The position numbers and the translations under genes are program-made. DNA of 64,000 bases from Mytilus californianus (taxonomy: Eukaryota), in the NCBI RefSeq assembly GCF_021869535.1, contig NW_026262707.1, positions 806,001 through 870,000 of the forward strand, given 5' to 3'. Under the pieces are notes generated by a model that was not told where the DNA came from, did not search any database, and worked only from the letters and a program-made list of their open reading frames with translations. Positions 10,234 through 24,402 of this stretch are shown here, piece by piece. Position 1 is the first letter of the stretch. Every line of letters starts with the position of its first letter.

Positions 10234-10659
10234 TGATTGATTGATTGTTGGTTGCTTAACGTCCAGTGGCAAATATTTCATGCATATTCAGGACGAGAAC
10301 AAATTACGATAAATACAATAGGTAGGTTCTGTAATAGGGGCGTCCGGGATGAAGGTCGGGAAAATTTGGACTGCCACGGAAACATGAGGGTCCATTGGAT
10401 AAGGACAGAAATTTAGCCTTGCAACAGGCCACCTACGGACCCCTCAAAGAGTTGTTGCAAGGGTTCTTAGCGTGCAAAGAATGTGGCACTCTCTTTACAC
10501 GAGGCATCGGATTTAACGTCCCCATTCTGACAGGACGTGACTGCGAACTTGTACATCCCGCACAGCCAAACGGACACCCCACTTTAGCGAGGGTTTTACC
10601 GCCGGTCGGAGGAAGACCAATGGTGACCATATTTCTATTCCCCAGTCACCCTTGGGGGT
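10234..10659 (-). mobile_element. SINE-like family, full-length copy
   Basis: 13-bp TSD taaagactttgat at 10221-10233 and 10660-10672. Confidence 0.96.
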
Positions 10660-11044
10660 TAAAGACTTTGATGTGAACCTTTTGAGACTTGTGTCACTGT
10701 CCCTTTGTATATATAAAATCTCTGTTTTACTTAATATTCATTTAAATATACACATCAATGATATAAATGGTCTACGGTGTATGACCTGCTCTCCATTCTG
10801 AAAAAAAACTGCTGTTACGTTACTACCATGAATTTCAATTACCTCTTTATTAACACAGTTTGCTATATCCGGATATGTCTGCTTAGAAACAGCAGCGTAC
10901 GGGTGGTCCTGAACAAATAATGTGTCAAATTTTGATGTCTCTCGGTCCAATCGATTTATTTGAGCTTCAGAAACTGCCTCCGATTTACGCTTCTGTGTTG
11001 CAGATTTAAAACCCGGCGTACGCCTAGCTTACTGATCATAATAT

Positions 11045-11257
11045 GTATTTTGTTTTATATAGATTAGACCGTTGGTTTTCCCGTTTGAATGGTTTTGCAC
11101 TAGTAATTTTGGGGCCCTTTATAGCTTGTTGTTCGGTGTGAGCCAAGGCTCCGTGTTGAAGGCCGTACATTGACCTATAATGGTTTAGTTTTATAAATTG
11201 TTATTTGGATGGATAGTTGTCTCATTGGCACTCATACCACATCTTCCTATATCTATA
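11045..11257 (+). repeat. Mytilus-type repeat ending ttgtctcattggca(a/c)tcataccacatctt (Mg1-like, possibly non-autonomous rolling-circle)
   Basis: Same terminal motif at 19585-19620, 52055-52080, 55630-55660 and 61478-61510. Confidence 0.7.
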
Positions 11258-14094
11258 TAAAGATTAAAAGGCTACATCTAATACAACTATCAATACATAT
11301 TTGTTGACTTCATCTTAAAAAGTAATGAAGAAAATGACCGATATAAGGTTATGTTTGTTAAAGTTATCTCCAAAAAATGACCGATGTGTTTAAATCCATT
11401 GACTTATACCACGTGTGAACTTTTAAAATATAGAGGCTCGTCAGGTTTCTGCACGGGTTGAAAAGTGTAGACCTCAAAATAAATTCACATGTTAGTGGTA
11501 TGAATGAACGATGTTTTATTAAATACTTTGTCCCGTTTCGAAGCGAATTACTTAGCTGATTTATCCTACCACACATGTCAGATATAAAGTAGAACATACG
11601 CAGCTACATTAAGGACGCAATTTTGTAAAAATGACGAAAAAAGGGGGGTAGAAAGAGAATTGTCAGCTCTGGCTTTGCTGTGAATATTCCATGGTCGTAC
11701 ATGGGCAATAATGAAAGGTCGCCCAATTTCTCATCATTTAACATAACAATATGACCCTAGCTCTGTCACGTGACATGCCGTTTTCATGAGTTAAAACTGT
11801 CGTTTGTATTTGGCTCGAGCACAACCTTTTACGCTTCACCATTCTCTGTCAAATTTTAACAGTAAGTTAACCAACTACCAAGGTCACTTAAAAGTGCTGG
11901 GGGTTACATCTCTGATGGTCAAATTCCGTGATTTTGTCAACTTTGCTTACCTCGTACGACTTTCAGAGATAAAATTCGAGAAACCCCCAGCAAGTTTAAT
12001 GCTCGTATTTAAATGCAAAAAATAATTTTCTTTAGTTGATGGTTTTTGTTATAGATTAAAAGGTTGTGCTAGGCCAAAATATAGAAAATTAAACGAAAAT
12101 CCTATTGTCAGCGATGTTTTAAATCGCAACAAAGATCGCGATTTAGAAACGGTACCGGGGAAAGTGCTGATTAATTCCGCTTATAACGAGGGATACAATA
12201 ATTTTTTTTTTTTTTCACATAAAAGCAGGTGTTTTAACATTTATAAGATTTTTTCAACTTTGTGTGATTGAATATCAGTACTTCAGATATATACGATGTG
12301 TCCTTTTGTATTTGAGGGGACCTTTACCACAATAAAGAGTATTAGGTTTGTGAAAAGTCCAGTAGAGCTACCTTTTTTGTAGTTGGACCAAGTTATAGTA
12401 CTTAAATCGATTCATTTCAAATATCTTATATGTGCAGGACACTTAAATAAAGGAAAGTAATATATATTAATTAATACAGAATTTGAAGCTTTCAGTCTAT
12501 ATGCCATGATGTTAAATAAAAGTGTGATCAAGTGTGTCAATATGTGACTTTTCATTGCAAAGGGACTTATAACCTTTAAACTTAACTCAAAAATTGTGTT
12601 TACTAGTGTTAAGTGATAGGTCCTATAAATAGCTTACTGAGTTTCAAGTCTTAGGAGAACATGTAAATAATCACTAAATTGAACCTAGAAAATAAACTGG
12701 CATGGCATATATATATATATATATATATATGTATACCAGTTTTCAGCCTGTGATAATGCATCTCCAAACAATGAAAATTAAAGAAGTATCTCAATGTTTT
12801 TCAATGCGTAAAATGCAGCAGTGCCAGTTTAGCAATAACAAAATCTCCAAAATTTCAGCAGTGATTTTCCTTCATAAAATATTTGCAATCCTATTTTTAC
12901 CAGTAATCGGTGATATGCAAGAATATTAAATGAATGTATTAATTTCTGAATTAACAGCAATTCTATTTGTCAAATTGTTACAGCAAAAAATCAATATCTT
13001 TATTTTACAGAATGAGTTTAGCACACATTAAATTTGTATGTTTGCATAAAATTATTCTCGTCTTAGGTCTGATCGCATTCCAAGAATTCAACAATTTATT
13101 TATAAAATAAAATTGAAATACAAATTTATGCCAAAGCATGAATTAAACCCTCTTCTAAATCATTGTTATCTTTAACATCAAATCATCATGATGTTTGATA
13201 CTGCTGTAATTAATCAGCTTAGTTAGTATCATTGTGTGTAAAACCTAGTGAATAGAATAATGCACTACTGTATACTTTGAAAAGTATTTCAGGAAGTCTT
13301 TATCATGTTTATGTACATGATGTTTTTCATTTTATTTTTTTAATTGAACATAAATGTTTGGTATAGGTGATCAATGCTATATTTTTTCTTAGTTTTGAAA
13401 TAAAAGATTACTTGTTCTTTTGCAAATAATGTTGCTTCTAATTCAATGAATTTAAGCAAACATGGTCCATTAATTATGTGTTTCAGCAATAAGTTAAGAT
13501 ATGAGCTAACAAGTATCTCAATAATAATAGAACTTTATAAATTACATGTAAAAAATTATTAAGCAAATGAATAATTCCACGTCTGTTACCCTTACACTTA
13601 AAGTGCATACAGCGCGAGCGACCTAGGAAACATTGTGTTTTGTCCTATTTGATTAAAGAACGGTCCATAATTTATTATTGTCAGCAATGGGTACATGTTA
13701 TATTCATTCCCCTAACATAACTTCTTCAGTTTAATTTTAGTCTTGAACATTAACTATCGGTTGAACATGTACAATGTGACCTGCTTTCTACCATTTGAGA
13801 AATAAAAATGCAATATACTATTGGCTATCGTAAAAGAAAAACTGACCTGCTATTTCTTATTTTATTCTGCATATTATCTTTTGAGCATTTTCCACTATTC
13901 AAACAGTATTTAATTAATAACATGAAGTCAACAATGAACATTAACAGTTATCTTAAAATATAAACTTTTCTAAAATTAATTTCTAGCTGATTCTTTTTCT
14001 GTCCTTTACAATTTATTTTAATGCATTCAGAGATTAAGGATACATCATGAACCCTCATATTTTAGTAGTATTATGTAACTTTGTATTCAATTAC

Positions 14095-14516
14095 ACCCCA
14101 AGGGTGACTGGGGAATAGAAGTATGGTCACCATTGGTCTTCCTCCGACCGGCAGTAAACCCGTGCTAAAGTGGGGCGTCCGTTTGTCTGTGCGGGATGTA
14201 CAAATTTGCAGCCACGTCCGGTCAGAATGGGGACGTTAAATCCGATGCCTCGTGTAAAGAGAGTGCCACGCTCTTTGCACATTAAGAACCCTTGCAACAA
14301 CTCTTTGAGGGGTCCGTAGGTGACCTGTTGCAAGGCTAAATTTCTGTCCCTATCCAATATACCCTCATTTCCCGTGGCAGTCTAAATTTCTCCGACCTTA
14401 ATCCCTAAATCTTTTACAGTACCTACCTATTGTATTTATTGTGAACTTGTTCTCGTCCTGAATATGCATGAAATATTTGCCACTGGACGTTAAGCAACCA
14501 ACAATCAATCAATCAA
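14095..14516 (+). mobile_element. SINE-like family, full-length young copy
   Basis: 13-bp TSD tgtattcaattac at 14082-14094 and 14517-14529. Confidence 0.97.
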
Positions 14517-15765
14517 TGTATTCAATTACTGTTCATGCTGTATCATTGACATCAAAGTATCCTGAAAAAAAAAAATTTCCCTCACAACAACTTCTTAATT
14601 TTAGATCCCAAAAATTGCACATTCTACCTACATGTACACTGGTCTGTTATTAAGGAATGATTTTCTAAGTATTATCAGTTTAATTGTCTTATTTAACCAC
14701 AGTTAAAGGCTCAACAGTACCAGTTATTTTTGTTGTTGGGTTTCTGTATGAGTTAAATATGAGGAGATGTGGTATGATAGGCTATTTCTTGATTCATGTC
14801 TTTCACCAGAAAAGATCATCAATTACAGATACTCTTATGACGTCATTTACCAGAAAGAAGGCGAGCATGTACCCCTGCACTATTTAAAGTCTGAAGCAAT
14901 TTCAGGATCATCATTCTGCAGGGTAGTATAGAAATAATCTATGTTCCGTAAGTACGTATCTCAATTCGACTTGAGGGAGTAGACCATTTAATTAGATTTT
15001 AATTTCCCAAATATTTTGTGCAGTATAGCATAAATTTTTTTCCCGTTCGCTCAACATGGATTTCAAGTGACGATGCCTATATTTTTGTCTGGTAGTGATT
15101 GAAGTCACATGACAGATACAACTAACTACTGTATCTCGGGACTGGCATATTGCCAGTGAGAGAACTAACCCCAGGCTTAAAATGAAGTGGTAATAAGCTT
15201 CTTCTTCTTCGTATTTCCTTCCAATTAGGAACACCAAGTAGAAACACCAAGTAGAAACGGAGTTGTTTTCACTTGTATTATTTAAGATTATTTTTACAGT
15301 ACTATATACATCGGATAGTTTTAAAATGTAAATATTTGATAAAAAGTGTCATCCATTAATATATATACAACACTATGGTGCAAAGCATGTGCAACATATA
15401 TACATCCATATCCTTGGGTTATACTACAGGAAGGTTAAAATGTTTATAGAGTAAGCACATTGTCTAAAAGATAGCTCATGTTCAAAGCTAGCAAAGTTCT
15501 TCTTTCCTTCGGATAAGATTTTGTACAGTTAAAACGTTATTCTTATTTCATGCAATTCACCATAAAATAAAATTATATTTTAAAAGCACTATTTGGTTTC
15601 CTCACAAGTACGTCATGAATGTGGAGAATAGTTAAAACATAAAACAGTTACTTTCATGCAGCATTCAAATATTAAGATAAGGATAAGTTACTATATTATA
15701 CTGTTTGTTTAAAAGTAGTATCTTTAAAATCTAAGAATGAATGCTGTTTATTGGTTGGGAACCCT

Positions 15766-16134
15766 TATGTAATATTCAGTTCTAATTTTAATTTCAGTCT
15801 TTTATGATGGATTTCATAGCACATTTCACTTGTTGCTTTTGTTATATGTACTAAATTTGATGAGGATTTCATTGTTTTACTGTAATAGCTGGGATCAACT
15901 ATCAGCTGTGTTATTGACTGTTTATCAAAAAAGAATTCATTCCATTGTCTTAGTCCAATGTATCCATTGATGATGTTTTTTAATCTTAATAGATGTGTTT
16001 TTCTGACATCATGTAGCAGTATGCAACTTGTGAGCATGTGTATCATATCTTCCTCTTCTAGACCACATAATGGACATGTTGCAGTTTCTTTATTGTTACT
16101 GAATTTAGCTATGTTGGTTTTGTAGTAGGTATGT
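15766..16134 (-). mobile_element. Non-LTR retrotransposon ORF2 C-terminus with CCHC zinc knuckle
   Basis: TYLL...NNKETATCPLCGLEEEDMIHMLTSC...ITQLIVD...CYEIHHKR. Confidence 0.7.
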
Positions 16135-16823
16135 TACCGTATAGCGGGTTATTTTCACGGGTGTAAAATTTCGCGATTTAGGGGCAACAAAGTATACGAA
16201 AAATTTTGGCGGTTTTTATTTTTGCGGATTCTTTAATCCCAATTAAATATTTTGGCGGATACTAAAGTTAAAAAGTTGTAAAAATTGACAAACAAGTGTC
16301 CATTGTTATGGTTAAATAATTAAAATTGTTTTACCTGCATGGTCTTATTTATTGATTATATTTTGATACAGTTAATCAATAGAATAGGATACTTAGATAT
16401 TTGTCACAGATGTACAAACTTCTTGTAAATGTTATGGTTGGTTAGTTACAATATTGACCGGACCTTTGATATACTAATTAGATTATAAAATCATCATGAG
16501 TGACTTGCAATTCTTATATAATTTGACACTAATTAACAAGGATAAAATACCTGACAAAGTACATTACACTCTTACATTATTTTTTTGTTATGTAACCAAT
16601 TAACTAATTAACGCCTGACAGCCAGTGAACAATGGCCTTTTGCATTTATGTTGTTAAAATTAACATAAACCATTATTGATTCGACAAACGGGAATAAAAA
16701 GATAGTTTACAAAACGCTTTAGTTATTAGAAAGTACCGAACGTATGCATAGATTTTCGCAGAATTCAATTTCTCGATTTCCTCTTACCCGCCAAAATAAG
16801 CGAAAATAACCGGCTATACTGTA
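16135..16823. mobile_element. Non-autonomous DNA transposon (MITE) with ~23-bp TIRs, TA-flanked
   Basis: taccgtatagcgggttattttc versus the reverse complement of cgaaaataaccggctatactgta; abuts the LINE remnant. Confidence 0.8.
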
Positions 16824-17399
16824 TAGGACTTCATACAGTCTTAAATAAGTGTTGATAATATAAGTAAAACAGTCAATTCCAGATAGTAATACTTACAAGT
16901 ACATGGTCAGTATGGACTTCTTATATATCAGCAACCTCCTGGAGCTCATCATTTCAGTTTCATTTTTTTCTTTTCATGAAAATATCATATACTTTCTGCC
17001 ATGTTCTTAATGCAGAGATATTTTGACCTACCCAGCAACTGTGAAGTGCTACAATTTTAATGAACATAGCACATAAACAGTTACCAGCCAGGTAATGCCA
17101 TGCGTTACTGCTGCCCGATTTTCTACGAAGCTATATAAAAATATAAATATCATATTCATGTTGAATTAAAATGCAAATTTACATCAATAAAGGCCATTAT
17201 GTTCCAAAATAAATAACATAATGAATATATATACATACTAAACAAAAGTGGAAAAACTATAATATCTTGCTTAAATAATTAGGACCTTTAATATGTTGGT
17301 AGTCATCCAGATCCGTCTTAAAATATATCATGTACAAAATGTACATGCATACACATGTTACATACATGTATGTATAAAACTCAAAGCTGATGTTTTTAA

Positions 17400-19305
17400 T
17401 TTTTTTTATCCAAAAGGCTTCTTAGTTTTTCTGTAAATTTCTGTTCCAAATACTCTTTCTATGGCGGTAACTTTTAAATTTTTCATCGAATGATTATGCT
17501 GAATGAAGTGGTTGGCTACCGGATCTTCTGTTTTCTTTGTTCGTGTTTTTGAAAAGTTCAATAGCATCCGTTGATATAGTGTATCACCCGTTTGTCCTAC
17601 ATATATAAGTTTATCGCATTTTGTACAATTAATTGCATATACTACGCCTACGGTTTTACAATTTATTTGTCCCTGAATGGTATATTCTTTCCCTGTGTTG
17701 TCACAAAATACCTTGGTTTCATTTATGTGTGAGCATAATGCACAATGTTTACCGCATGGTCCACATCCATTAGTTTGTTTATAAAATAGTAATTTATGCT
17801 TCTTGTGCACTAAGATGTCTTTTATGTTGTTATCGCGTTTAAATGCTACGATAGGCGGATTGGGGAAAATTTTCTTTAGCCTGTTGGATTGATGGAGAAT
17901 TTTAAGATTTTTTCTTAGAATTGAATGTATATTTGGATGCGCTTTGGAAAAAGTAATTACTAAGGGTACTCTGTCGTTTTCTTTCTTTGGTTTGTACTAT
18001 AATATATCTTCTCGGTTTAATAATGTCGACTTTTTTAATTGAACTTCAGTTGACGAGTTATTGTATCCACGTTTTCTCAGGTGCGTTTTTATTTCTCCTC
18101 TTCTTATTTTGTAATTTTCTTCTGTTGAGCAAATTCTTTTGACACGAATACCGAGTCCATATGGTATAGCATTTTTTACAGAATTTGGATGGCTTGACGA
18201 AACATGTAAGTACTGGTGTTTATCTGTTGATTTTGTATAAAGATCTGTTTTAAGTTGTCCGTTTTCTATGTGTACAAACACATAAAGGAATTGAATGTTT
18301 TCAGTTGAGTAACGCATTTCTGTTTTAATTCGCGGATGTAAGTTATTGGACATTTCGTGAAATTTTTTTAATTCATCTAAACCATGTTCCCATATTCCCA
18401 AAATGTCATCAACATATCTCCAATATGAAAACGGGTGTAAATTGCTGTTTTGAAATAATTTTTTTCCCATTGTCCGAGGTAGGTGCAAGCATAATTCATG
18501 CCTAGATGGGAACCAATAGCTGTTCCTTCGGTTTGTAAAAAGTGCTTTCCGTTGAAGCTAAAATTTTTATTTTCAATGACTAAGTCCATCATTTTAAGTA
18601 CATCTTCAGTTGGGATTGATATATCAGATCGATTTTCTAATGCTGTTTTGCATGCTTCTCGTGCTTCTTTTCTTGGTACGCTTGGATACAATATAGTTAC
18701 ATCTAAACAAAACATTATTGCGTTGTCTGGTAATGGCTGTTGAATTGCATTTAGTTTGTTTAAAAAATCTGTTGTGTCTTTAATATAGGTGGGCAAGTTT
18801 CGAACATTTTCCGAAAGCTCGTTTTCGACTATTTCCGCGATTTTTTCTGTTGGATGGTTCCGCCCATTAATAATCGTTCTAACTGGATGTTTTTTTTTTT
18901 GTGTAATTTGAGATTGGCTTGTACTTTTCCGGGACATGTTCCTTTAGGTAATAGATATTTTTTCATGTCTTTGTCTATTATTTCTCTTTTACATAAATTT
19001 TCTATGAGTTTTTGTTTACTTTATTTTAATTTTTCTGTGTTAGATCCTTATCTATTGCTTTGTACGTATCGTTGTTATCTAATTCTTTTTCTACCTCTAG
19101 TTTATAATCTTCTAAGTTCATTATTACAACGCCGGATGATTTGTCGCTTGGTCGTATCACAATGCTTGTATCATACAACAGTTCCCGAATTGCCTTTTCT
19201 TCTTCAATAGTTATATTCATTTTGAATTTTCGGCTTAATCTACTTAATATTTCATCTTTTACGGTCTGAATATACTCGTCTAACCATCTTTCTTTTCCTG
19301 GGAAG
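17400..19305 (-). mobile_element. Penelope-like element: RT plus Cys linker plus GIY-YIG, frameshifted
   Basis: IVIRPSDKSSGVVIMN, LDVTILYPSVP, GTAIGS, WRYVDDILGIW, TDLYTKSTDKHQYLHVSSSHP, CGPCGKHCALC, VVYAINCTKCDKLIYVGQTG; several frameshifts; 5' truncated. Confidence 0.92.
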
Positions 19306-19309
19306 GGTG

Positions 19310-19630
19310 TGAAAGTACTTGATAAGTTAAGCCTTTTTCAACTGATTTATATAGTTCGTTCTTATGTCTTTCTGGTATACCACTGTCCCAGGTTAGGGGA
19401 GGGTTGGGATCCTGCTAACATGTTTAACCCCGCCACATTATTTATATATGTGCCTGTCCCAAATCAGGAACATGTAAATCAGTGGTTGTCGTTTGTGTAT
19501 GTGTTGCATGTTTTGCTCATTGTTGAAGGCCGTACGGTGACCTATAGTTGATAATATCTGTGTCATTTTTTGTCTCTTGTGGAGAGTTGTCTCATTGGCA
19601 ATCATACCAAATCTTCATTTTTTATATATA
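19310..19630 (+). repeat. Mytilus-type repeat (gggatcctgctaacatgtttaaccccgccac family)
   Basis: Homologous to 55185-55675; ends in the shared terminal motif. Confidence 0.75.
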
Positions 19631-20499
19631 TATATGAACTAATTAAGCAACAGATTCACAATTAAAGTCATTAAATATGAAATCACTGAGCCTCCTCTAA
19701 AATCACGCGCCCCTCGGTGGTTCTTCAATTCCTGTGTGCCGACCTCATCTTGATTTTACCATAATTTAAATAGGGATTCCCGCAACCCAAATTGGTAAAT
19801 CCTGGATTTCTGGACGTAAAAACAGACAATCCCGACGTATCGATGCAAGGGGTAAATTAAAACAACTAACATTTGTGATTCTACAAAACATATCGATATA
19901 TGAAAAACAACGTTGATAAGATGCCACGTTGACAAGTGTCAACAGTTGTGGCTGCCTTCTTACGCAGCATTACAATTAACATTTGGTAGAAAAGTAATCC
20001 GAATATCGAACAATTAAAAATTAAATCGATTTTTTGAAATAGTTATTTCTTAATAATGTGTGTTTTATTACATCAGTAGTAGATGCCATTTTATTTTAAT
20101 AAAATTGTACCGATGGTGCTTTGGTGTATCCAGGAGGGATAATCGATATTACTTCGTCCTCTTAAACTTAAAATGTTCTTGAAATACTGGTAGTATAGTA
20201 TGTAGGTTGATTAATTTTGTTTGTAGCCTAACGTCCAGGGGTATTTTCAAATACGTCATTCATGAAACAATAAAATATAATCAAATCTATGGACAACGAT
20301 TTAAACATGGAAGTCTAAAATCTTTGAGATCAAATTTTCGGACAAGGTTTCAACTGGACTAGATTTCATGAAAAAATACTGATTGAACTCAGTTACTGTT
20401 TACAAATGTAGAGATCTATAGTATGCTCCTTTGCAGAGGCGTCAACATTTAAGACATCTATTTCTGCTAGTGGAATAAGGGTATCAATAGAGTCTCTGC

Positions 20500-21260
20500 A
20501 TTTTTCATTCCTCAAAACAAAGTTGTGTCGGATTACGATATTGTCATATCTAGTGGCATGTCTAGGTATTTAAGTCTCCTGAATTTCCCTTTAAGCAATG
20601 CAAAGCTCCTTTCGATCACAGATCTTGCAGCACCATGGACTACATTGTACTTCTTTTGGACTGATGGAAGCCTTCCATGATCTTTAAATGGCGTCATCAG
20701 AGCATGTGACAAAGGATAAGCTGAATCTCCAAGAAGGTTCAGGAACAGATGCAAGTAGATCAGACAAGTCACTGTTCCTAAACATCCTGGCATCACGGAT
20801 GGAACCATGTATAAATTTCATGTTTAAATTGCATACACCTTGTAGTAAAACCGATGAATATCCCATTCTGTTGAAATAAGATTCTCGGTTTTCTTTTCTT
20901 CCTTTGATAGGAATATGGGAGTTATCCACATACCCAAAAATCCTCGAAAGCCATGGTGCCGCTGATTGTCAAGTGCCATAATGCCATTTGTTCAGTTGTT
21001 GGCCACATGACAAAATTTGTAATTTTAGTTGCCAGTACTTCCACAATGAATAACATGTGGAAGTGTAGGGACCCTTTGGACATTCCAAATCGATCAGCTA
21101 CACTTCTGTATGACTCTTCTGTTTACAGGAGCCATATTACACTCGAAAGTTTGCTGATAAGCTCAACCACTCTGCTTTTTAAATCTGTCATTAACTCTTG
21201 AAGTATTTTATTCCAAGATATATTTATTGAACACTATTATCTGTCATAATTTATCTTCGC
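20500..21260 (-). pseudogene. PIF/Harbinger (HARBI1-like DDE_Tnp_4) transposase remnant
   Basis: YRSVADRFGMSKGS, HIPIK...YFNRMGYSSVLLQGVC, GSIRDARMF, LLGDSAYPL...LMTPF, RSVIERSFALLKGKFRRL. Confidence 0.9.
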
Positions 21261-22379
21261 CTTTTTAGAGGGGAAATATTTCATATTTGGTCTACAGCTC
21301 GATTTTATTGAGTTGTAACCTTTAAGGACGTATTCTTTGACGTTTCTGTCTCGTTGAAATCTCGTTCTGGAATTATTTCCAAAACATGTGATACAAGTGA
21401 AAAATATCAATGCATTTTTAAAATACCATAATCAAACATGACTGTGAATAAGTTGTGTATTTACAATGAATAGTTTTCGAGTAATCCAGTTTTCAATTTT
21501 TACGACCAATCAAAGTGCAATGTTTCATATTTTTCCAATTCCTTGGCTTTCTCTTAGGGCTCACAGAAGGAGATGGCTAGCCAAACCACGCACTTTTACT
21601 TTTCGATTGTAAATTTAATGTTTTACAGAGGGCATGAATAAAGAACCTAACAGAAAACAATCCGTGTTTCTGAAACCGATGTAAAACCTGTAGAAAGTCA
21701 AACTGAGCAATCAATAGAATTTTCGCCGGTTTTGGTCGCCCACACCGGTCACGCTTGGACTAGAGTATCATCCAGCTGTAACTGCTGTGATTATAGATTT
21801 GCTAGAATTGTTTAGCTCTCTTAAACAGGTTCTATCGTTTTTTCCTACTCCACATAGAAATAAAAAATTGTAACAAATACCATCATGTGCTTCTCTGAGA
21901 TAAAGAATGCACATACACCAGACCATGACTTACACAAAATGGACATAACAGAGGTGACCATACCCACTATAATGTGTGGTCAGAGGGCTTCAGTTAAGAA
22001 CCAAAAGGGAAAAAAAGTAAAAAGTGTATCTCAACGTTGCCCAACCTACTCAAAAGAAAAAAGGCCACGGTGCAGAGAAAAGGGATTGCAACCATCGTGT
22101 TCTATTAGCCAAAAAATTTTCTAATCTACCGGTATTTAAAGTATAAAACATATTTTGTTTGTTCTGATATTAAGACAATATTCAGATATTTTCATATTCT
22201 GATAAATAGTGTTTGTCTTTCAGGGTCATGTTACAATCAGTGCTTTTGTATGTTATGCAGAGGATCACATGTCAACATAAAGGAAGACTTATCACACACA
22301 CAAGCAGAAGGTTTTAAAGTTTGACGAAAGCAAGATTATACCAGACATATTATTTGATGTAAATTTCCATCTAAAGGAA

Positions 22380-22610
22380 AACTTAAGCCAGAATTTGATG
22401 TAGTATTCCAACATTTCTATGTATTTTCAACAAACAATGGGATGTCCAAGTGAGCTATGTCAAATGCTCCTCGGACAGAAAAGACTCATTTGCCACAACA
22501 CAATGCTTTGCCTCAATCATTTAAAGAAGTTAAAAGCTTGATAAAGCCATTATTAATGCCTTTACAAAAGTTTGATGTCTGCATTAATGACTGCATTTGT
22601 TCAGGTCATG
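22380..22610 (+). pseudogene. CACTA/EnSpm transposase N-terminal remnant
   Basis: LPQHNALPQSFKEVKSLIKPLLMPLQKFDVCINDCI. Confidence 0.6.
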
Positions 22611-23035
22611 GATCAGTGGAACTTAAAAAGCAGCCAGTCACATACTACAACGAAGAAGAACGTAATTTAAGACAATTATTTCACGATAAGTCCAATAAAA
22701 ATCAGCGAAACAATTTTCAGAAGACGACTGGGAGTATCACTAATGAAACGATAGCTATACCCATACACGTCGATCTACCAAATACTTTGGCCAGTGATAT
22801 TCAGGATGTAGTGTCTGATGGAGGTGCTTCCATTAAGGACACAAAGAAAGATGTGAAGCCTTCTGAGCAAGAGCACATAGAGAAAGGGGGAAACAGTACC
22901 AAAGCAGGTATAATTTTAAATACAAAAAAAATTTGACCAGATAAGATTTCCAACAGAAACAACATTTTTTTTAAATATCTTATTAACTGATCTACTAAAG
23001 CTTTTCTTAATTTAAACATTTTATTACTAATGACA

Positions 23036-23280
23036 AACTAGAGGTGACGTTAAATTTAATATTCACCATTTCCTGCAAAATTTCCTAAATTTGACCCCTA
23101 AGATCTATTGTTAGCCATGTTGGTTGGCAGGTGGAGTTTCGGACACAGTTTTTCAACTAGATAACGTCGTGATAGTTGAGCCAAGTTTGGTAAAATTTGG
23201 TCCAGTAGTTTCTCAGAGTAGACGGTTTTTGTAAAAGTTAACAGACGACGACGGTCAGCAAGTGATGGGAAAAGCTGCTC
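23036..23280. mobile_element. Non-autonomous Helentron-like (HINE-type) repeat fragment
   Basis: actagagg start, ccaagtttggtaaaatttggtccagtagtttc core, gacgacgacgg...caagtgatgggaaaagct end; family recognised from memory. Confidence 0.5.
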
Positions 23281-23728
23281 TGTCATGATCATGTGAAATA
23301 ATTCTAATTGATTAATGAAATAAGACATGTACATTAACCATAATAATGGAATATAGAGGATACTGATTTAGTTGGTCCAAACAGAGTATGTAATCAATGA
23401 TTAATGTTTTAAGGCGGATGCTGTATTAGAAATAGTAACACAAAGAACCCAGGAAACCATTACGCTGAAACAAATATATCTGCAGGACAGTACTGGGGAA
23501 GTTGAAATTAGTATGTGGAGACAACTGGCCAGAAAGTTTGGTAGAAGTTGGGAAAACCCAAAAAGACTTTCCTGAAGCTGAATATCTATAAAGGAGAGAT
23601 AAGCTTACATACAATCCCTCAAAGTACACTTGAGGTATGTGTTTGATAACTTTACATGTAATCTTTATTTCCACAGACCACTATTAATGTTACTGTTCCA
23701 TTACAAATCAGTCGCTTAAAATATAACA

Positions 23729-23943
23729 TTGATTGATTGATTGTTGGTTGCTTAACGTCCAGTGGCAAATATTTCATGCATGTTCAGGACGAGAACAAGT
23801 TAACAATAAATACAATAGGTAGGTCTTGTCATAATAGAGGCAATTCGGGATGATGGTCGGCGAAATTTGGACTGCCACTGGAAAATGAGGGTATACTGGA
23901 TAGGGACAGAAATTTTGCCTTGCAACAGGCCACCTTTGGGGGT
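23729..23943 (-). mobile_element. SINE-like family, internally deleted copy keeping both ends
   Basis: 5' end acccccaaaggtg fused to gcctgttgcaagg; imperfect TSD (atataaca) on both flanks. Confidence 0.85.
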
Positions 23944-24127
23944 AATATATAACAAGACTATAATTGATTTACCACGACAGCAACCTAACATTGAATGAGT
24001 TTGTCTTGACAGGTCCACAAAACAATCTATTATATGAAATTGAAACACAACTATTACATTGTATCACATTTGAAAATCAGATAAAATTCTGAAGTACAAT
24101 AAGTGAAAGTTATCCTTTAATATTTAC

Positions 24128-24300
24128 ATTGATTGATTGTTGGTTGCCTAACGTCCAGTGGCAAATATTTAATACATGTTCAGGACGAGAATAAGTTAAC
24201 AATAAATACAATAGGTAGGTCTTGTCATAATATAGGCCATTCGGGATGATGATCTGGAAAATGAAGGTATATTGAATAGGGACAGAAATTTTGCCTTGCA
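24128..24300 (-). mobile_element. SINE-like family, degenerate 3' fragment
   Basis: ttgattgattgttggttgcctaacgtccagtggc...gggacagaaattttgccttgca. Confidence 0.85.
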
Positions 24301-24402
24301 CTGTATCTGATTGATTTGAGTTTTTTTTTATCTCTGATTTGTTAATAGTAGTATATTTTTACTTGTCTGGTGCTGCTGGTTGTCAAAACGCAGTAGCACA
24401 TA

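Noticed and set aside
17085-17100. TTACCTGGC match to the U1 snRNA 5' end on the minus strand
   Set aside because: Only about 9 nt match; the rest of U1 is absent.
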